From NCBI GenBank assembly GCA_965243135.1, contig OZ251539.1, positions 128,001-192,000 of the forward strand: a stretch of DNA of 64,000 bases. Direction: 5' to 3'. Origin of the DNA: Alphaproteobacteria bacterium. GTDB taxonomy: Bacteria > Pseudomonadota > Alphaproteobacteria > MPNO01 > UBA830. The notes beneath the pieces are model-generated. The model was not told where the DNA came from. It worked only from the letters and a program-made list of their open reading frames with translations, and ran no database searches. Below, one piece after another: positions 18,287 through 28,418 of the stretch (within the stretch, counting starts at the first letter, position 1; every line of letters starts with the position of its first letter). Made by a program: the position numbers and the translations under genes.

Positions 18287-18754
18287 CTATCCTTGCATCA
18301 TCGCCAATACGTCTTCCGGTCTCCGGTCCAGCGGCGCGAAAGGGTCGATGCTCTGGACCTGGCCGAAAATCCGGCCATGCTGCAAATCCTCGGTGAGCAG
18401 CGCCGAGCGCGCGCAAGACTGCGCCGCCGCGACTATGAGCGCATCCCACCACGAGAGAGAATGTCGTTGCTGCAACAGCCAACCTCGTTCCAGGATCGCG
18501 AGGTCGACGACTACCGGCCGCCATACCGCAAGGTCGCGCACGATCCCCTGCACCTTCTCGGCGTCGAACGCCAGCTTCAGCTTGCGCGTGAGCGTGGCAT
18601 ACATCTCCTGCAGAACCTGAAAACTGATGCGCACGGCGCGAAGGCGCGCAAGGTGCTTGAGGTGCGCGATCCAGTCGCGGGACTGCTTGGCGGGATCCGA
18701 GCCGTCTTGCCGGTAGACGGGGACGTTGGTGTCAACGAAGACCGGAGCGGTCAT
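18287..18754 (-). CDS. vapC: PIN-domain (VapC-type) toxin
   Basis: VFVDTNV, S.QVLQE, SWWDALIVAAA, LLTEDLQHG PIN motifs. Confidence 0.85.
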   Translation of the reverse strand: MTAPVFVDTNVPVYRQDGSDPAKQSRDWIAHLKHLARLRAVRISFQVLQEMYATLTRKLKLAFDAEKVQGIVRDLAVWRPVVVDLAILERGWLLQQRHSLSWWDALIVAAAQSCARSALLTEDLQHGRIFGQVQSIDPFAPLDRRPEDVLAMMQG

Positions 18755-18967
18755 GCAATTCGTCGCGCGTCGGCTTGCGGCCGTCGACCCAGCTCAGCCG
18801 ACGCGGTTTTCTGGCCAGATAGCGCTCCATGGCGAGGTCGTACTCGTCCTCCCCGCGCCGCATTCCTTCCAGCAGCTCGGCGAGCCTACGCTGTGCCCGT
18901 TCTCGGCGGCCCGGACCCTCAGCCACGCCGCGACATCCTCGGGCAATGTAACGGTGACATTCTTCAT
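18732..18967 (-). pseudogene. Cognate RHH/CopG-type antitoxin, frameshifted
   Basis: ATG 18967 gives MKNVTVTLPEDVAAWLRVRAAENGHSV, then a frame change to RLAELLEGMRRGEDEYDLAMERYL...KPTRDELHDR; overlaps the vapC start. Confidence 0.7.
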
Positions 18968-19149
18968 GGCGCGAAGCTAGTGAAACACGAAATTCGCGTC
19001 AACGGACTTCGCGGATCGCGTCGGCGCACGTCAGCGCAGTTTTAGCATCCGTATCTCATACAGTACCGGGCTATCGGCGTTGCCCACAACACCACTCTCC
19101 TTCCTTTGTTTCCGCAATCTTGCCCAGAGTCCGCCTCGCCCGACACAAT

Positions 19150-19330
19150 CTCTGCCGACTGGATCCGCCCGAGTGGGCGAAGTGGACGGACGGACCAGAT
19201 CCCGGCTATCCGAATCATCCGGCTGCCCGCGACCCAGCAGCGGCGCAAGTACTTAAGGATCGCACGCTGACGAAGCTCTACGACGTGCGTCCGAAGTGGC
19301 TGGGAGATGCCTATGCCGCACTGTCACGAA
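19150..19330 (+). pseudogene. C-terminal remnant of an MmeI/YeeA-like (type IIL/IIG) adenine methyltransferase-endonuclease
   Basis: LDPPEW....PGYP..P.ARD.AAAQVLKDRTLTKLYDVRPKWLGDAYAAL resembles the recalled L.KRTLTNLYN.RP.WL..AH..LD C-terminal motif. Confidence 0.65.
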
Positions 19331-19371
19331 GAGCTTGCAGCGAATCGCCAATTGGGGAGAATGGATCGGGA

Positions 19372-20511
19372 ATGAAGACCTTTTACGAATTTTTCGCTGG
19401 GGGAGGCATGGTCCGCGCTGGCCTCGGGCCGGAGTGGTCATGCTTGTTCGCCAACGACATAGACCCGAAAAAGGCAGCGAGTTACGTCGCGAATTGGGGC
19501 GAAAAATCGTTGCGGGTAGAGGACGTTGCGGCGCTAGGTCCGGCGGATCTGCCCGGCATCGCCGATCTGGCGTGGGCGTCTTTTCCTTGCCAGGATCTTT
19601 CCTTGGCGGGCAGCGGCGCCGGTCTCGGCGGTCAGCGGTCGGGAACCTTCTGGCCGTTCTGGCGGCTGATGGAGGCGCTCGCGAAGGAAGGCAGGGCGCC
19701 TGCGGCGATCATATTGGAAAACGTGTGCGGCGCCCTGACCTCGCATGATGGAGCCGATTTCGCGGCGCTGGCCGAAGCGATCGCCAGCGGCGGTTACCGG
19801 CTCGGCGCCTTGGTGATCGACGCCGTGCGCTTTCTGCCGCAGTCCCGGCCGCGACTGTTCGTAGTAGCGCTTCGAGCCGACTTTCCGATCGCATCCGGCC
19901 TCACGCTCCCGGAACCGGACGAGGCGTGGCGTAGGCCCGCGTTGCTCAGGGCGCATGATCGACTTCCTGCGACGGTGCGGGACCGCTGGCTTTGGTGGCG
20001 TTTGCCGATCCCGGCGGCGCGCAACACGGAGTTGGCGAATCTGATCGAGGAGAAACCGAAGGGCGTCGGGTGGAATGCGGCCGCAGAGACCGAACGGCTG
20101 CTCGGCATGATGAGTCGGGTCAATCTCGCGAAGGTCGAGAGGGCGCGAGAGGCCGAAGGCCTTGCGATCGGCACGATCTACAAGCGCACTCGCAAGAACG
20201 CGGACGGCGGACGGTCGCAGCGAGCCGAGGTCCGGTTCGACGGCGTCGCCGGATGCCTGCGTACGCCGATGGGAGGCTCCAGCCGACAAACGATTCTCGT
20301 CGTAGAGGGGAACAAGGTCAGGTCACGTTTGTTGTCGCCGCGAGAAGCGGCGCGGCTGATGGGGATTCCAGACGACTACGAACTGCCGAACAACTACAAC
20401 GAAGCCTATCATCTGGCAGGCGACGGCGTGGCGGTACCGGTGGTTCGACACATCGCCGAGAACATACTGGAGCCGCTTCTTGAGGCTCCGTTCGAAGCCG
20501 AGGCCGCTTGA
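19372..20511 (+). CDS. DNA (cytosine-5)-methyltransferase
   Basis: Start re-assigned to ATG 19372. Motif I EFFAGGG, IV SFPCQDLS, VI LENV, VIII PQSRPRLF, IX/X RLLSPREAARLMG and GDGV.VPVV. Confidence 0.95.
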   Translation: MKTFYEFFAGGGMVRAGLGPEWSCLFANDIDPKKAASYVANWGEKSLRVEDVAALGPADLPGIADLAWASFPCQDLSLAGSGAGLGGQRSGTFWPFWRLMEALAKEGRAPAAIILENVCGALTSHDGADFAALAEAIASGGYRLGALVIDAVRFLPQSRPRLFVVALRADFPIASGLTLPEPDEAWRRPALLRAHDRLPATVRDRWLWWRLPIPAARNTELANLIEEKPKGVGWNAAAETERLLGMMSRVNLAKVERAREAEGLAIGTIYKRTRKNADGGRSQRAEVRFDGVAGCLRTPMGGSSRQTILVVEGNKVRSRLLSPREAARLMGIPDDYELPNNYNEAYHLAGDGVAVPVVRHIAENILEPLLEAPFEAEAA

Positions 20512-20515
20512 ATTC

Positions 20516-21475
20516 ATGCCGACGCATCTCGAAGAATCGCTCGACGAATTTGCGGTGGGTTACGAGTTCAAGGGCAAGGGGCCAGGGCCGCTATGCGTCG
20601 CGCTCGTGGTGACGGAGCATGCGCGGCAACGGGGACTGCCCCTCGATCCCGACGAGTTGGTGACGAGAGGCGGAGGGCAGGTTCTCGGCTTGAGCAAGTC
20701 CGCGGTCCGGTCGATCCTGAAACGTTACGATATCGACAAGGTGCTCGCCCGAGAGGGAGGACGCACGAGTCGGGGCAGCCTCAACAACATGCGGGCCTAT
20801 GTCGAATTTCTGAACGGCCTCCACGGCCAGGGCGAGGAAACTCCGTTGCATGAAGCGCCAGCTATCGACATGATCGAGAAATACTGGATCGACCGCGTGA
20901 AGGACTTCTTTTCGGGCAAGCCGTTCAGGGTTCGGCTGGATCCGGCTCACGGCCTGCGGCGTCTCGTGCGCGATCTTCTGGATCAGGCGAGAAACCGGCA
21001 GAAGGCTTCGGCCGGCACCAACTATACGGGCGCAATCATGCAGCACCTTGTGGGCGCGAAGCTCGATTGCGTATTGGAACCCGGAACGGTCGAACATCGC
21101 AGTTTCTCTACGGCCGATGCGTCTGCCGGCCGAGCGGGCGATTTCCTGCTCGGAGACGTGGCAGTGCACGTGACGACAGCCCCCGGAGAATCGGTGATCG
21201 GACGGTGCCGGGAGAATCTGGACGGAGGCCGCAAGCCTGTTTTGATCACGGCGGCGGACCGGATCGCGGTGGCCGAGGGCTTGGCCGCCGACAGGGAGTT
21301 GGGCGACAGGATCGACATTTTCGAGATCGAGCAGTTCATCGCGCTCAACCTTTACGAGCTTGGCGGGTTCGGCGCGGAGGGGCGGCGGGAATCCGTCTAC
21401 GATCTGGTGCGTTGCTACAACCGCATCGTCGAGAACGTTGAAACCGATCCGAGCTTGAAGATCGAAATGATATGA
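20516..21475 (+). CDS. DUF4928-like protein, probable nuclease partner of the 5mC methyltransferase
   Basis: KG..PLCVALVVT, GGGQVLGL, EGGRTSRGS, MQHLVGAKL, RAGDFLLGDVAVHVT motifs as recalled for DUF4928; starts 4 bp after the MTase stop. Confidence 0.75.
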   Translation: MPTHLEESLDEFAVGYEFKGKGPGPLCVALVVTEHARQRGLPLDPDELVTRGGGQVLGLSKSAVRSILKRYDIDKVLAREGGRTSRGSLNNMRAYVEFLNGLHGQGEETPLHEAPAIDMIEKYWIDRVKDFFSGKPFRVRLDPAHGLRRLVRDLLDQARNRQKASAGTNYTGAIMQHLVGAKLDCVLEPGTVEHRSFSTADASAGRAGDFLLGDVAVHVTTAPGESVIGRCRENLDGGRKPVLITAADRIAVAEGLAADRELGDRIDIFEIEQFIALNLYELGGFGAEGRRESVYDLVRCYNRIVENVETDPSLKIEMI

Positions 21476-21849
21476 AGGAAGATGCGCGCAGCCGGACGAT
21501 GCGCGCCGTCAAGAGCTGGAATACGGGACCGGAACTGATCGTTCGGCGCGTGACCCACGGCATGGGGTACTGGCTTCATCGGAAGGACCTCCCCGGACAG
21601 CCCGATTTGGCGTTTTTCGCCCGCCACAAGGTGGTTTTCATGCAGGGTTGCTTCTGGCATCGGCACGAATGTCCGCGCAGAGCGCGGGCTTAGACATTCA
21701 CAGGACCACTGGCCTCCCAAATTCAGGAGCAACCGAGAGCGCGACGAGGAATGCCGATGGCGACTGGCCGAAATGGGCCGTGGTGGGAGTGCGAGACGAA
21801 GGATCGCGGCGTTCTCCAAGCGCGAATCGCTGCCTTCCTGGAGGAATAA
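21472..21849 (+). pseudogene. vsr: Very-short-patch repair endonuclease, disrupted
   Basis: RSRTMRAVKS.NTGPE, LPGQPDLAF, GCFWH.HEC, stop at 21693, then in other frames HWPPKFRSNRERD and WECETK...FLEE*. Confidence 0.85.
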
Positions 21850-21899
21850 CCGATCGGCGAGCTTTCCACGGATCCGGTCGTTTGGCGGCAGTCCGACGG

Positions 21900-22270
21900 T
21901 CCGTTTGCAGCGCGGCTCTATCCTGCGCCGCAGCGCGTTGGCGACTTCGGATGTCGTCAGACGCGGCGCATGCTGATCGTCGTCATCCATCAACAAGCGA
22001 TCCGCTGCGTCCGAGCCGTCCCTCCGCGCCAATTGACCGCCACGCTGGCGTCGACCACCAGAGGCATCAGTCGACTCGGTGCCTGCCGTCACGATCCTCG
22101 CGGATTTCCGAGAGCGTTTGCGCATGCCCTTCGGTCTTCCGCCGCAGCCTCGCGGTCAGAGCCCGGAAGGATGTGCGCTTCGCTGCCATGTCGTCCGCGA
22201 CCGCGCCGTGAAGAATGCGGTGCGCCTCGCCTTCCAGGGAGCGGTTGTTTCCGGCGGCCCGCCGCCCGGC
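21900..22270 (-). pseudogene. Decayed FitAB/VapBC toxin-antitoxin pair
   Basis: Minus strand reads RAAGNNRSLEGEAHRIL...QTLSEIREDRDG (FitA-like; its TGA overlaps the ATG at 22067), then MPLVVDASVAVNW / GSDAADRLL....HAPRL..SEVANAL (PIN N-terminus, frameshifted and truncated). Confidence 0.7.
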
Positions 22271-22563
22271 CGCAGCCCACGTCGAAGTCCACGCCCGCCG
22301 GCACGCCGTACCGACGGTAGTCGAAGGCCACCTTCCGCTCGCCGCCCGCGCTGTCGACCCACGCCCACGAGCTGTTCCGCCTCCTGACTTGGGATGCGAT
22401 GCCGCCCGAGCACTCCGAAACGATCACTCATCCACCATGCATATTGCGCTTCCGAATTGATTGGGGAATTATAGTGAAGTACTGACGTGTTTATGGGCGG
22501 CAGGCTCTTCATGATTGTCGCCTACGCTTATTCTTGACGGTTGGGAGCGAGTAAGTTGTCGCG

Positions 22564-25500
22564 ATGAAAGTGACCCATATTCCGTGCAGGCCTGCTGTCA
22601 ACGAGAGTGAGCGCAGGGCCCTCGAACAGCTTAGGGGAGGTCTGATTGCCGAGCCGGGCGACGACGAGTGGCTCTTACTGACGAACCTCGCCTTCTCGGC
22701 TACGCATCGCCGTCAATCCCAAGAGATCGACATCGTCGCCATTGGACCCCCGGGGGTGCAGGTTGTCGAGGTCAAGCACTGGACAGCAGCTTGGGTCAAG
22801 CGAAACTTCGAAGACGTCGAACATGAAGCTGATTGCGTGACCGACAAGGCGCGCAAGATCGGTACGACGTTACGCAGACAGATCAAGAGTCTGCCACGGG
22901 TGGACGGCGTGTTTTTGGTGACCGAGGCGGCTGCCAGGGTTGAAAGGATCGAAGATCGTGGGCCCGTTCGCGGCATTCCGTTTCATACCCTAACGACTTG
23001 GCGCGACGCAGTCGGATTCCATGCGCAGAAAGTATTGTCGCCGGAGCAGATCAGGAGGCTGGGTACCGTTCTGGAACCTAGAAGCGCCCTCGCTTTGGAC
23101 GGCACGCTCAAGCAAATCGCCCATTATGTGAGATTGACGCTCCGAACGTCTCCAGAACGGCGATTTCATCGCGTTTATGACGCGACCCATGTTTCAAGGC
23201 AGGATCGAGTGAAGTTGCACCTGTACGACCTCTCTGCGTGTGACCACGCCAAGGCGGAGGAGAAGGCGGAGCGCGAATGGAAGGCGCTGCAACGATTGCA
23301 ACAATACAGCTGGGCACCGCGTATCGTAGACTCGTTCTATGACGTGCCCGGGTACCCGGGCGAAATCAAATTCTTCACTCTCGCCGATCCCGGCGCGCCC
23401 AGCGTCAAGGAACGCGCTGTCGACGCCTTATGGGATATCGATGCCCGACTAGACTTCACCCGAAACGCGGTGCGGGCGTTGCGAGAGCTTCATGAAGCGA
23501 ATAGCGACGGCAACCCCCTAGTTCACCGGAATCTGACGTCGGGGACGATTCTAGTCAAACATGACAACACTCCGATTCTGACCGGTTTCGAGCACACCCG
23601 GATCCCGACGGATATCTCCATTGCGTTCCCTGCCGCCACGGAAGAATGGGAGATCGAGGTCGCTCCAGAGATTCGCGCCCAAGGTCGAGGCGCGGCGGAC
23701 CATAGGTCCGACATCTATTCGCTATGCGCCTCGCTTGCCGTATTGTTCAATGACAGCGAAGACGAGGCTGGCGCTTCTGCTGCGGGAGTTCTGGCACATG
23801 GGATGGACGAAGCTCCTGAGCGGAGGAGCAGCCTTTCGGATCTGGAAAGATGCCTGTCGGATCTGCTGGGTGAGCCGAGACCGGAACCGGTACCCCCGTC
23901 GGCAAGATTCTGGACGGAAGATCAGATCGTGTTCTTCCGAGACGACAGCTATCGAATCGTGTCGAGCCTCGGCTCGGGCGGCGTCGGGAGGACCTTCAAG
24001 GTCGTGAAGCTTGATCGAAAGACCCGGGGCGATCTAGGTGCCTACGTTGCCAAGGTGGTGCGAGACGAGGCAAACGGGCGACGAGTTCTGCGCGCCTATG
24101 AATTAGTGCGTGCGCATCTCCGCCATTCGGCTTTGTCGACGATCTTCGAGGTTGCCCCCGAGTGGACGGAAAACAGTTTTGTCGCTCTGATGACGTGGAT
24201 AGAGGGCGAACCGCTTGGCGAGTACGGTGGCGTGCTGTCGCTGCTTGCCGACGAACTGCATCAAGAATCTGAAGAGACCTTGGCCTCGAGGTGGCTGCGG
24301 ACTACTTGCGAGGCGCTGCGAGTGCTGCATGACAAGGGACTGATCCACGGAGACATTAGCCCAAGCAACATGATTGTGTGCGGGACCGATCTAGTATTAA
24401 CTGACTATGACTGCGTGACACGAATCGGCGAACTGGCGGATTCCCCAGGTACCGTGCCCTACTGCTCGCCCTCATATACCCAAGGCCGCGATGCCACGCC
24501 ATCCGACGACTTGTACGCGCTGGCTGCGAGTTTTTTTCAAGTGTTGTTCGATAGAGAACCGTTTCTTTACGACGGCAACCGGGCCAAGGAACGCGGACTG
24601 AACTGGAACGGTCTGAACCGTAATGGCTATCCGTTGTTGTCCGAATTCATGGATTGGGCCACCGACCCGGACCCGGAGAAGCGCTTGTTGAGCGTAGCGG
24701 ACGCGCTGGAAGTTCTGAGTCCGTCCCGGCGCACCGAAAACGGAGTCAAAGATGTCAAACCCGAAGTATACGGTGACGTCACTGCCATAGTCGAAACACC
24801 TCTCCCGGACACCGCGGGGAGCGAACAAACCAAGCGACAGGAAGAAGTGATTTGGCTGAAGTCGTTGTTGCAGTCCTATCCTGGATCGCGATGGGGCAAT
24901 AGCGAGACGCGCGGTCTGGATACAGATTTCGCTGCTGAGACCTACGTCAAAACCGATCTGGAAAACTCGCTCCACGACGATATCTTGGAACGGCGCGTCA
25001 GCCTCGTCATCCTTTGCGGCAATGCTGGCGACGGTAAGACCGCCCTGCTTCAGCATCTCGCGAAAGAGTTTGAACTGGATGTCCAAACATCGGCAACGCG
25101 CATTCTGGAAGGGCGGTTGGACGGCGATTTGTCGGTACGCATGAATCTCGACGGTTCGGCCTCATGGCGGGATCGTTCCGCCGACGATTTGCTTGACGAG
25201 TTTCTCGAACCGTTTTTGAACGGCCGACCGGACGAGAAGATCGCTCATCTGCTGGCGATCAACGATGGCCGTCTTTTGGAATGGATCGAAAACGTCGAGG
25301 AGCGTAGCGGCGAAACGCAATTGACGAAGGAGCTGTTCGGATTTCTGGAAGACGGAGAATCCCCTTCCGAGTCCCATATCCGCTTCGTCAATCTGAACCG
25401 GCGCTCGCTTGTTGGCGGTATTGCCGCCGACGGAGAATCCATCGAAGCCGATTTTCTCGATAGCCTGGTGGATTCGCTGTACGGCGGTGATCGCGCTGCG

Positions 25501-26619
25501 GGGATTTGGGCTCCCTGCCAGACCTGTTCCTCACAGGAAAGCTGCGAGGTATTTCGCGCAACCCGAGTTTTCGGCCCTAGCGAGCTTGCGGACGAGGGAG
25601 TTCGCAGTCGCGCGCGGTCGCGTCTCTTCGAGTTATTGCAGGCCGTTCATCTGCGAGGCGAAACGCACATTACGGTCCGCGAACTGCGCGCCACGCTGGT
25701 CTATATTCTGTTCGGCCTCCACTACTGCACCGACTACCACGCTGTTGCAGAGGGTTCTGGATCGTCCATCCAACCCTACTGGGACCGCGCTTTTTCGCCT
25801 GATTCGCCGGGACGACAGGGGGAGGTGCTACGGGAATTGCCGCGTTTTGATCCAGCTCTTGAGGCGCATCCGCAAATTGATCGTTGCCTGCTTCATCCGC
25901 CTTCTGGCGCAGAGATCGCCGATTTTCCCTGTCCAGGAGAATTGAATCTTGAGTCCGCGCGGCGCTATGCTTATTTCAGGTGGACACCCGAATCGCTCAA
26001 GCTTTTGGCTCATGACTCCGATGCGCTCGGCTTGGCCGGAGGGCGTCATCTGCGCCTATTCCGGGACCTTGCCGTCATCGACGATGAAACGAGGACCGGG
26101 CTGGTCAGCGATCTCTGCGGCGGCGTCTCGCGCCTCGAAGCGCTTCCGCCGTTGGCGCTGGACCGATCCGGTGTAGTACCATTGCGCATCAGCCCAAGAA
26201 CCCCAACGGAAACGGCGTTCTGGGTCGAGAAACCCCTCAGCGATTTCCGCCTCGAAGCGGATGTCTCGGATGGCGGCGAAGGGCTGGATCGGCTTCATCG
26301 GCATGCGTTCTTGATCTATCGCTATCACAATGGACGCGAGGAGCGACTACGTATTGGCGCCGATTTGTTCCACCTCCTTTTGGAACTCAACGAAGGCTAT
26401 CAATTGGGCGATGTCGCAAGCGACGATACGTTCGCGCACCTCTCAATCTTCGTGCAAAGACTGGTCTACGAAGATCATCGTAAAATGCTCGCCTGGAGCC
26501 CGATGCGCGAAGGGAAAATTTTCGAGATCGCGGCGAAATTTGATGAGGCGAAGTCCGATCCTCGGCAACGTTTATCGATAGTATCAATCGAACAATCGAG
26601 AGAATCCGATGGCGAATAA
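22564..26619 (+). CDS. NERD nuclease + pseudokinase + Ser/Thr kinase + P-loop NTPase fusion (MADS Mad6-like; C-terminus DptF/DndF-like)
   Basis: NERD: NESE...EIDIVAIGP.GV.VVEVKHW. Kinase 1: VHRNLT..TILV, TGFE. Kinase 2: LGSGGVGRTFKV, YVAK, HGDISPSN, TDYD. P-loop: LCGNAGDGKT, LAINDGRL, CxxC....C. Confidence 0.85.
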   Translation: MKVTHIPCRPAVNESERRALEQLRGGLIAEPGDDEWLLLTNLAFSATHRRQSQEIDIVAIGPPGVQVVEVKHWTAAWVKRNFEDVEHEADCVTDKARKIGTTLRRQIKSLPRVDGVFLVTEAAARVERIEDRGPVRGIPFHTLTTWRDAVGFHAQKVLSPEQIRRLGTVLEPRSALALDGTLKQIAHYVRLTLRTSPERRFHRVYDATHVSRQDRVKLHLYDLSACDHAKAEEKAEREWKALQRLQQYSWAPRIVDSFYDVPGYPGEIKFFTLADPGAPSVKERAVDALWDIDARLDFTRNAVRALRELHEANSDGNPLVHRNLTSGTILVKHDNTPILTGFEHTRIPTDISIAFPAATEEWEIEVAPEIRAQGRGAADHRSDIYSLCASLAVLFNDSEDEAGASAAGVLAHGMDEAPERRSSLSDLERCLSDLLGEPRPEPVPPSARFWTEDQIVFFRDDSYRIVSSLGSGGVGRTFKVVKLDRKTRGDLGAYVAKVVRDEANGRRVLRAYELVRAHLRHSALSTIFEVAPEWTENSFVALMTWIEGEPLGEYGGVLSLLADELHQESEETLASRWLRTTCEALRVLHDKGLIHGDISPSNMIVCGTDLVLTDYDCVTRIGELADSPGTVPYCSPSYTQGRDATPSDDLYALAASFFQVLFDREPFLYDGNRAKERGLNWNGLNRNGYPLLSEFMDWATDPDPEKRLLSVADALEVLSPSRRTENGVKDVKPEVYGDVTAIVETPLPDTAGSEQTKRQEEVIWLKSLLQSYPGSRWGNSETRGLDTDFAAETYVKTDLENSLHDDILERRVSLVILCGNAGDGKTALLQHLAKEFELDVQTSATRILEGRLDGDLSVRMNLDGSASWRDRSADDLLDEFLEPFLNGRPDEKIAHLLAINDGRLLEWIENVEERSGETQLTKELFGFLEDGESPSESHIRFVNLNRRSLVGGIAADGESIEADFLDSLVDSLYGGDRAAGIWAPCQTCSSQESCEVFRATRVFGPSELADEGVRSRARSRLFELLQAVHLRGETHITVRELRATLVYILFGLHYCTDYHAVAEGSGSSIQPYWDRAFSPDSPGRQGEVLRELPRFDPALEAHPQIDRCLLHPPSGAEIADFPCPGELNLESARRYAYFRWTPESLKLLAHDSDALGLAGGRHLRLFRDLAVIDDETRTGLVSDLCGGVSRLEALPPLALDRSGVVPLRISPRTPTETAFWVEKPLSDFRLEADVSDGGEGLDRLHRHAFLIYRYHNGREERLRIGADLFHLLLELNEGYQLGDVASDDTFAHLSIFVQRLVYEDHRKMLAWSPMREGKIFEIAAKFDEAKSDPRQRLSIVSIEQSRESDGE

Positions 26620-28417
26620 TGCTCGCGCTATTGTTCGGCAGGTACTTCCTCCCAAGATGGCCGACGAGATATGGTCGGCGCGATACGACAAGGCGTTGCC
26701 AATTTCACTCGACGACTTTGAAATTTCTGCTGTTTTGCCGGCAGTATTCTACATGTTTCGCTTCGGGTGGCGTCGTGGCAAGGGAAATTTTTTTGAGACT
26801 TTCGCACCAGAGAGCCATAATATTCGTGAGCGCAGGCGTGCGGCGACGGTAGAACAGGTAGCCCAAAAGCTGGCAACAAGAGAGGATGTTGATAATTTCC
26901 ACGACGATGTCGAGCGAGCGATACTCGGCGATCTACTGCTCGGATTTAGCCTCGAAAACATCAGGCATGAGCTCGGCAGAGACAAGCAGGTTCAACGGGT
27001 TGCGCCGACCCATTACATGGCAAGTTGGATCGACCTTCCAGAACGTGTGGCACATCTTCGTTTTGTGCCGGAGATGATCGTGGCGATGCTGGCAGATCAG
27101 AAAGGAGATTACGTCGAATCCAATAACAGCGGCGACCGCACATGGTTCCCTGTCATGACAGGGCACGAGGAAAATCTGTTGTTGCGAACGTTTAATCATG
27201 GCGTTTTGCGGGATGGGCATATCGACCACTTAGCATCGGATAAGTTCGACGAGCAGAATAAAAACATCGGAATCGATCAACTACTGATGATCCGACTTGC
27301 GCAGTCGTTGAGATCTGCACCGAAAAAAGCGCAGGATAAGGAGGGAGCTCGAATTTCGAATCAGCGACCGATCTCTGAGCGGGCTGCTCAGTATTTTTCA
27401 GAGGATATTCGTCGTTTCGTTCGCGGGTACGCGTCGGTCATACCTAGGCATACCTTCGTCGACACTTTGGAAGCTTGTGTCGCCACAGGCATGACGGCAA
27501 TTGTTACCAGTGTCGTCGAGATCCTGTTCAAATGGGCTGACACTGGAGAGATCATCAAAAAAGGTGATCAACAACCTGCAAGTATATTCGTGGATTGCTC
27601 GAACGGCGTCGATAGGAATTTACGAAATTTGGCTGAACAATCGCTTGATGACTTGATGCGCCGTATTGAGCGTGTTCCCGTGATCCTGATGATTCTCCGC
27701 CTTCTCGATTATGCGGCGAGAAATAACAAGAAGATCAATAAACAAGAGATTTCGACTAGGCCGTATGCCAAAGCGTGGCTCGAATTGCTTGGTGACCTGC
27801 TCCACAAACGCCACTACGACGACGCGGGGTACATTCACCGCCAAATGGAGGAGCACGGCGCGAATCTGGCCGTAGATTTAGCGGAGGATTATCCCGAGGC
27901 TGCGGAAGCGTTGCGTGACGAGGGGAGAGAGCCGAACTCGATCCGGCGTCTCGCGACGGCACTGACGCCGCTCTTGGGAGCGAATGCTCGAGGCAGCATC
28001 ATGTCCACGGTGGACTCGACGTTGAACGTGGGGAGACCGAACGGGCTGGCCCGCAAGAGGAGGACCACGAGCGGAGCACATGCAGCCGGAATCGGAAAGA
28101 AGCAGCGGGAAGTGCGATCACTTGTTTTCACCGATGCAGTCCTCGACTATCTGGTGCATCTTCATATTCTTTCGAGCGGCGGGAGCTCGGGAGTACGGCC
28201 ACTTTCGCTAAAGAAATTTCTTAGTATAGCTCGCGACCGGTATGGTTTCCATGTTGATATCGCGCCTCCAGGCATGATTATTTCTAACGACCTCCTCCGT
28301 GCGAACCGCATGGTGCTGGAGCGTCGGCTGCGGGATCTTGGGCTTCTGATCGGCGTCAACGATGCGGAGGCGATGAAGCGGTTGCGGCCTCGCTTCGACC
28401 CCGAAATGGAAAACTGA
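26609..28417 (+). CDS. Middle subunit of the kinase/ATPase defence operon (Mad7/DptG-like)
   Basis: 602 aa ORF overlapping the upstream gene and 1 bp from the downstream gene; C-terminus FL....DRYGF...N...LERRLRDLGLL..VNDA. Family call is mainly positional. Confidence 0.7.
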   Translation: MANNARAIVRQVLPPKMADEIWSARYDKALPISLDDFEISAVLPAVFYMFRFGWRRGKGNFFETFAPESHNIRERRRAATVEQVAQKLATREDVDNFHDDVERAILGDLLLGFSLENIRHELGRDKQVQRVAPTHYMASWIDLPERVAHLRFVPEMIVAMLADQKGDYVESNNSGDRTWFPVMTGHEENLLLRTFNHGVLRDGHIDHLASDKFDEQNKNIGIDQLLMIRLAQSLRSAPKKAQDKEGARISNQRPISERAAQYFSEDIRRFVRGYASVIPRHTFVDTLEACVATGMTAIVTSVVEILFKWADTGEIIKKGDQQPASIFVDCSNGVDRNLRNLAEQSLDDLMRRIERVPVILMILRLLDYAARNNKKINKQEISTRPYAKAWLELLGDLLHKRHYDDAGYIHRQMEEHGANLAVDLAEDYPEAAEALRDEGREPNSIRRLATALTPLLGANARGSIMSTVDSTLNVGRPNGLARKRRTTSGAHAAGIGKKQREVRSLVFTDAVLDYLVHLHILSSGGSSGVRPLSLKKFLSIARDRYGFHVDIAPPGMIISNDLLRANRMVLERRLRDLGLLIGVNDAEAMKRLRPRFDPEMEN

Positions 28418-28418
28418 C

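Noticed and set aside
19120-19371. Possible N-terminal extra domain on the C5-MTase
   Set aside because: Better explained as an in-frame remnant of a different (MmeI-like) gene; the MTase starts at MKTFYEFFAG.
22564-26619. BREX type 2 PglW
   Set aside because: Shares NERD + kinases, but the C-terminus is a GNAGDGKT P-loop domain and no PglX, PglY or PglZ follow.
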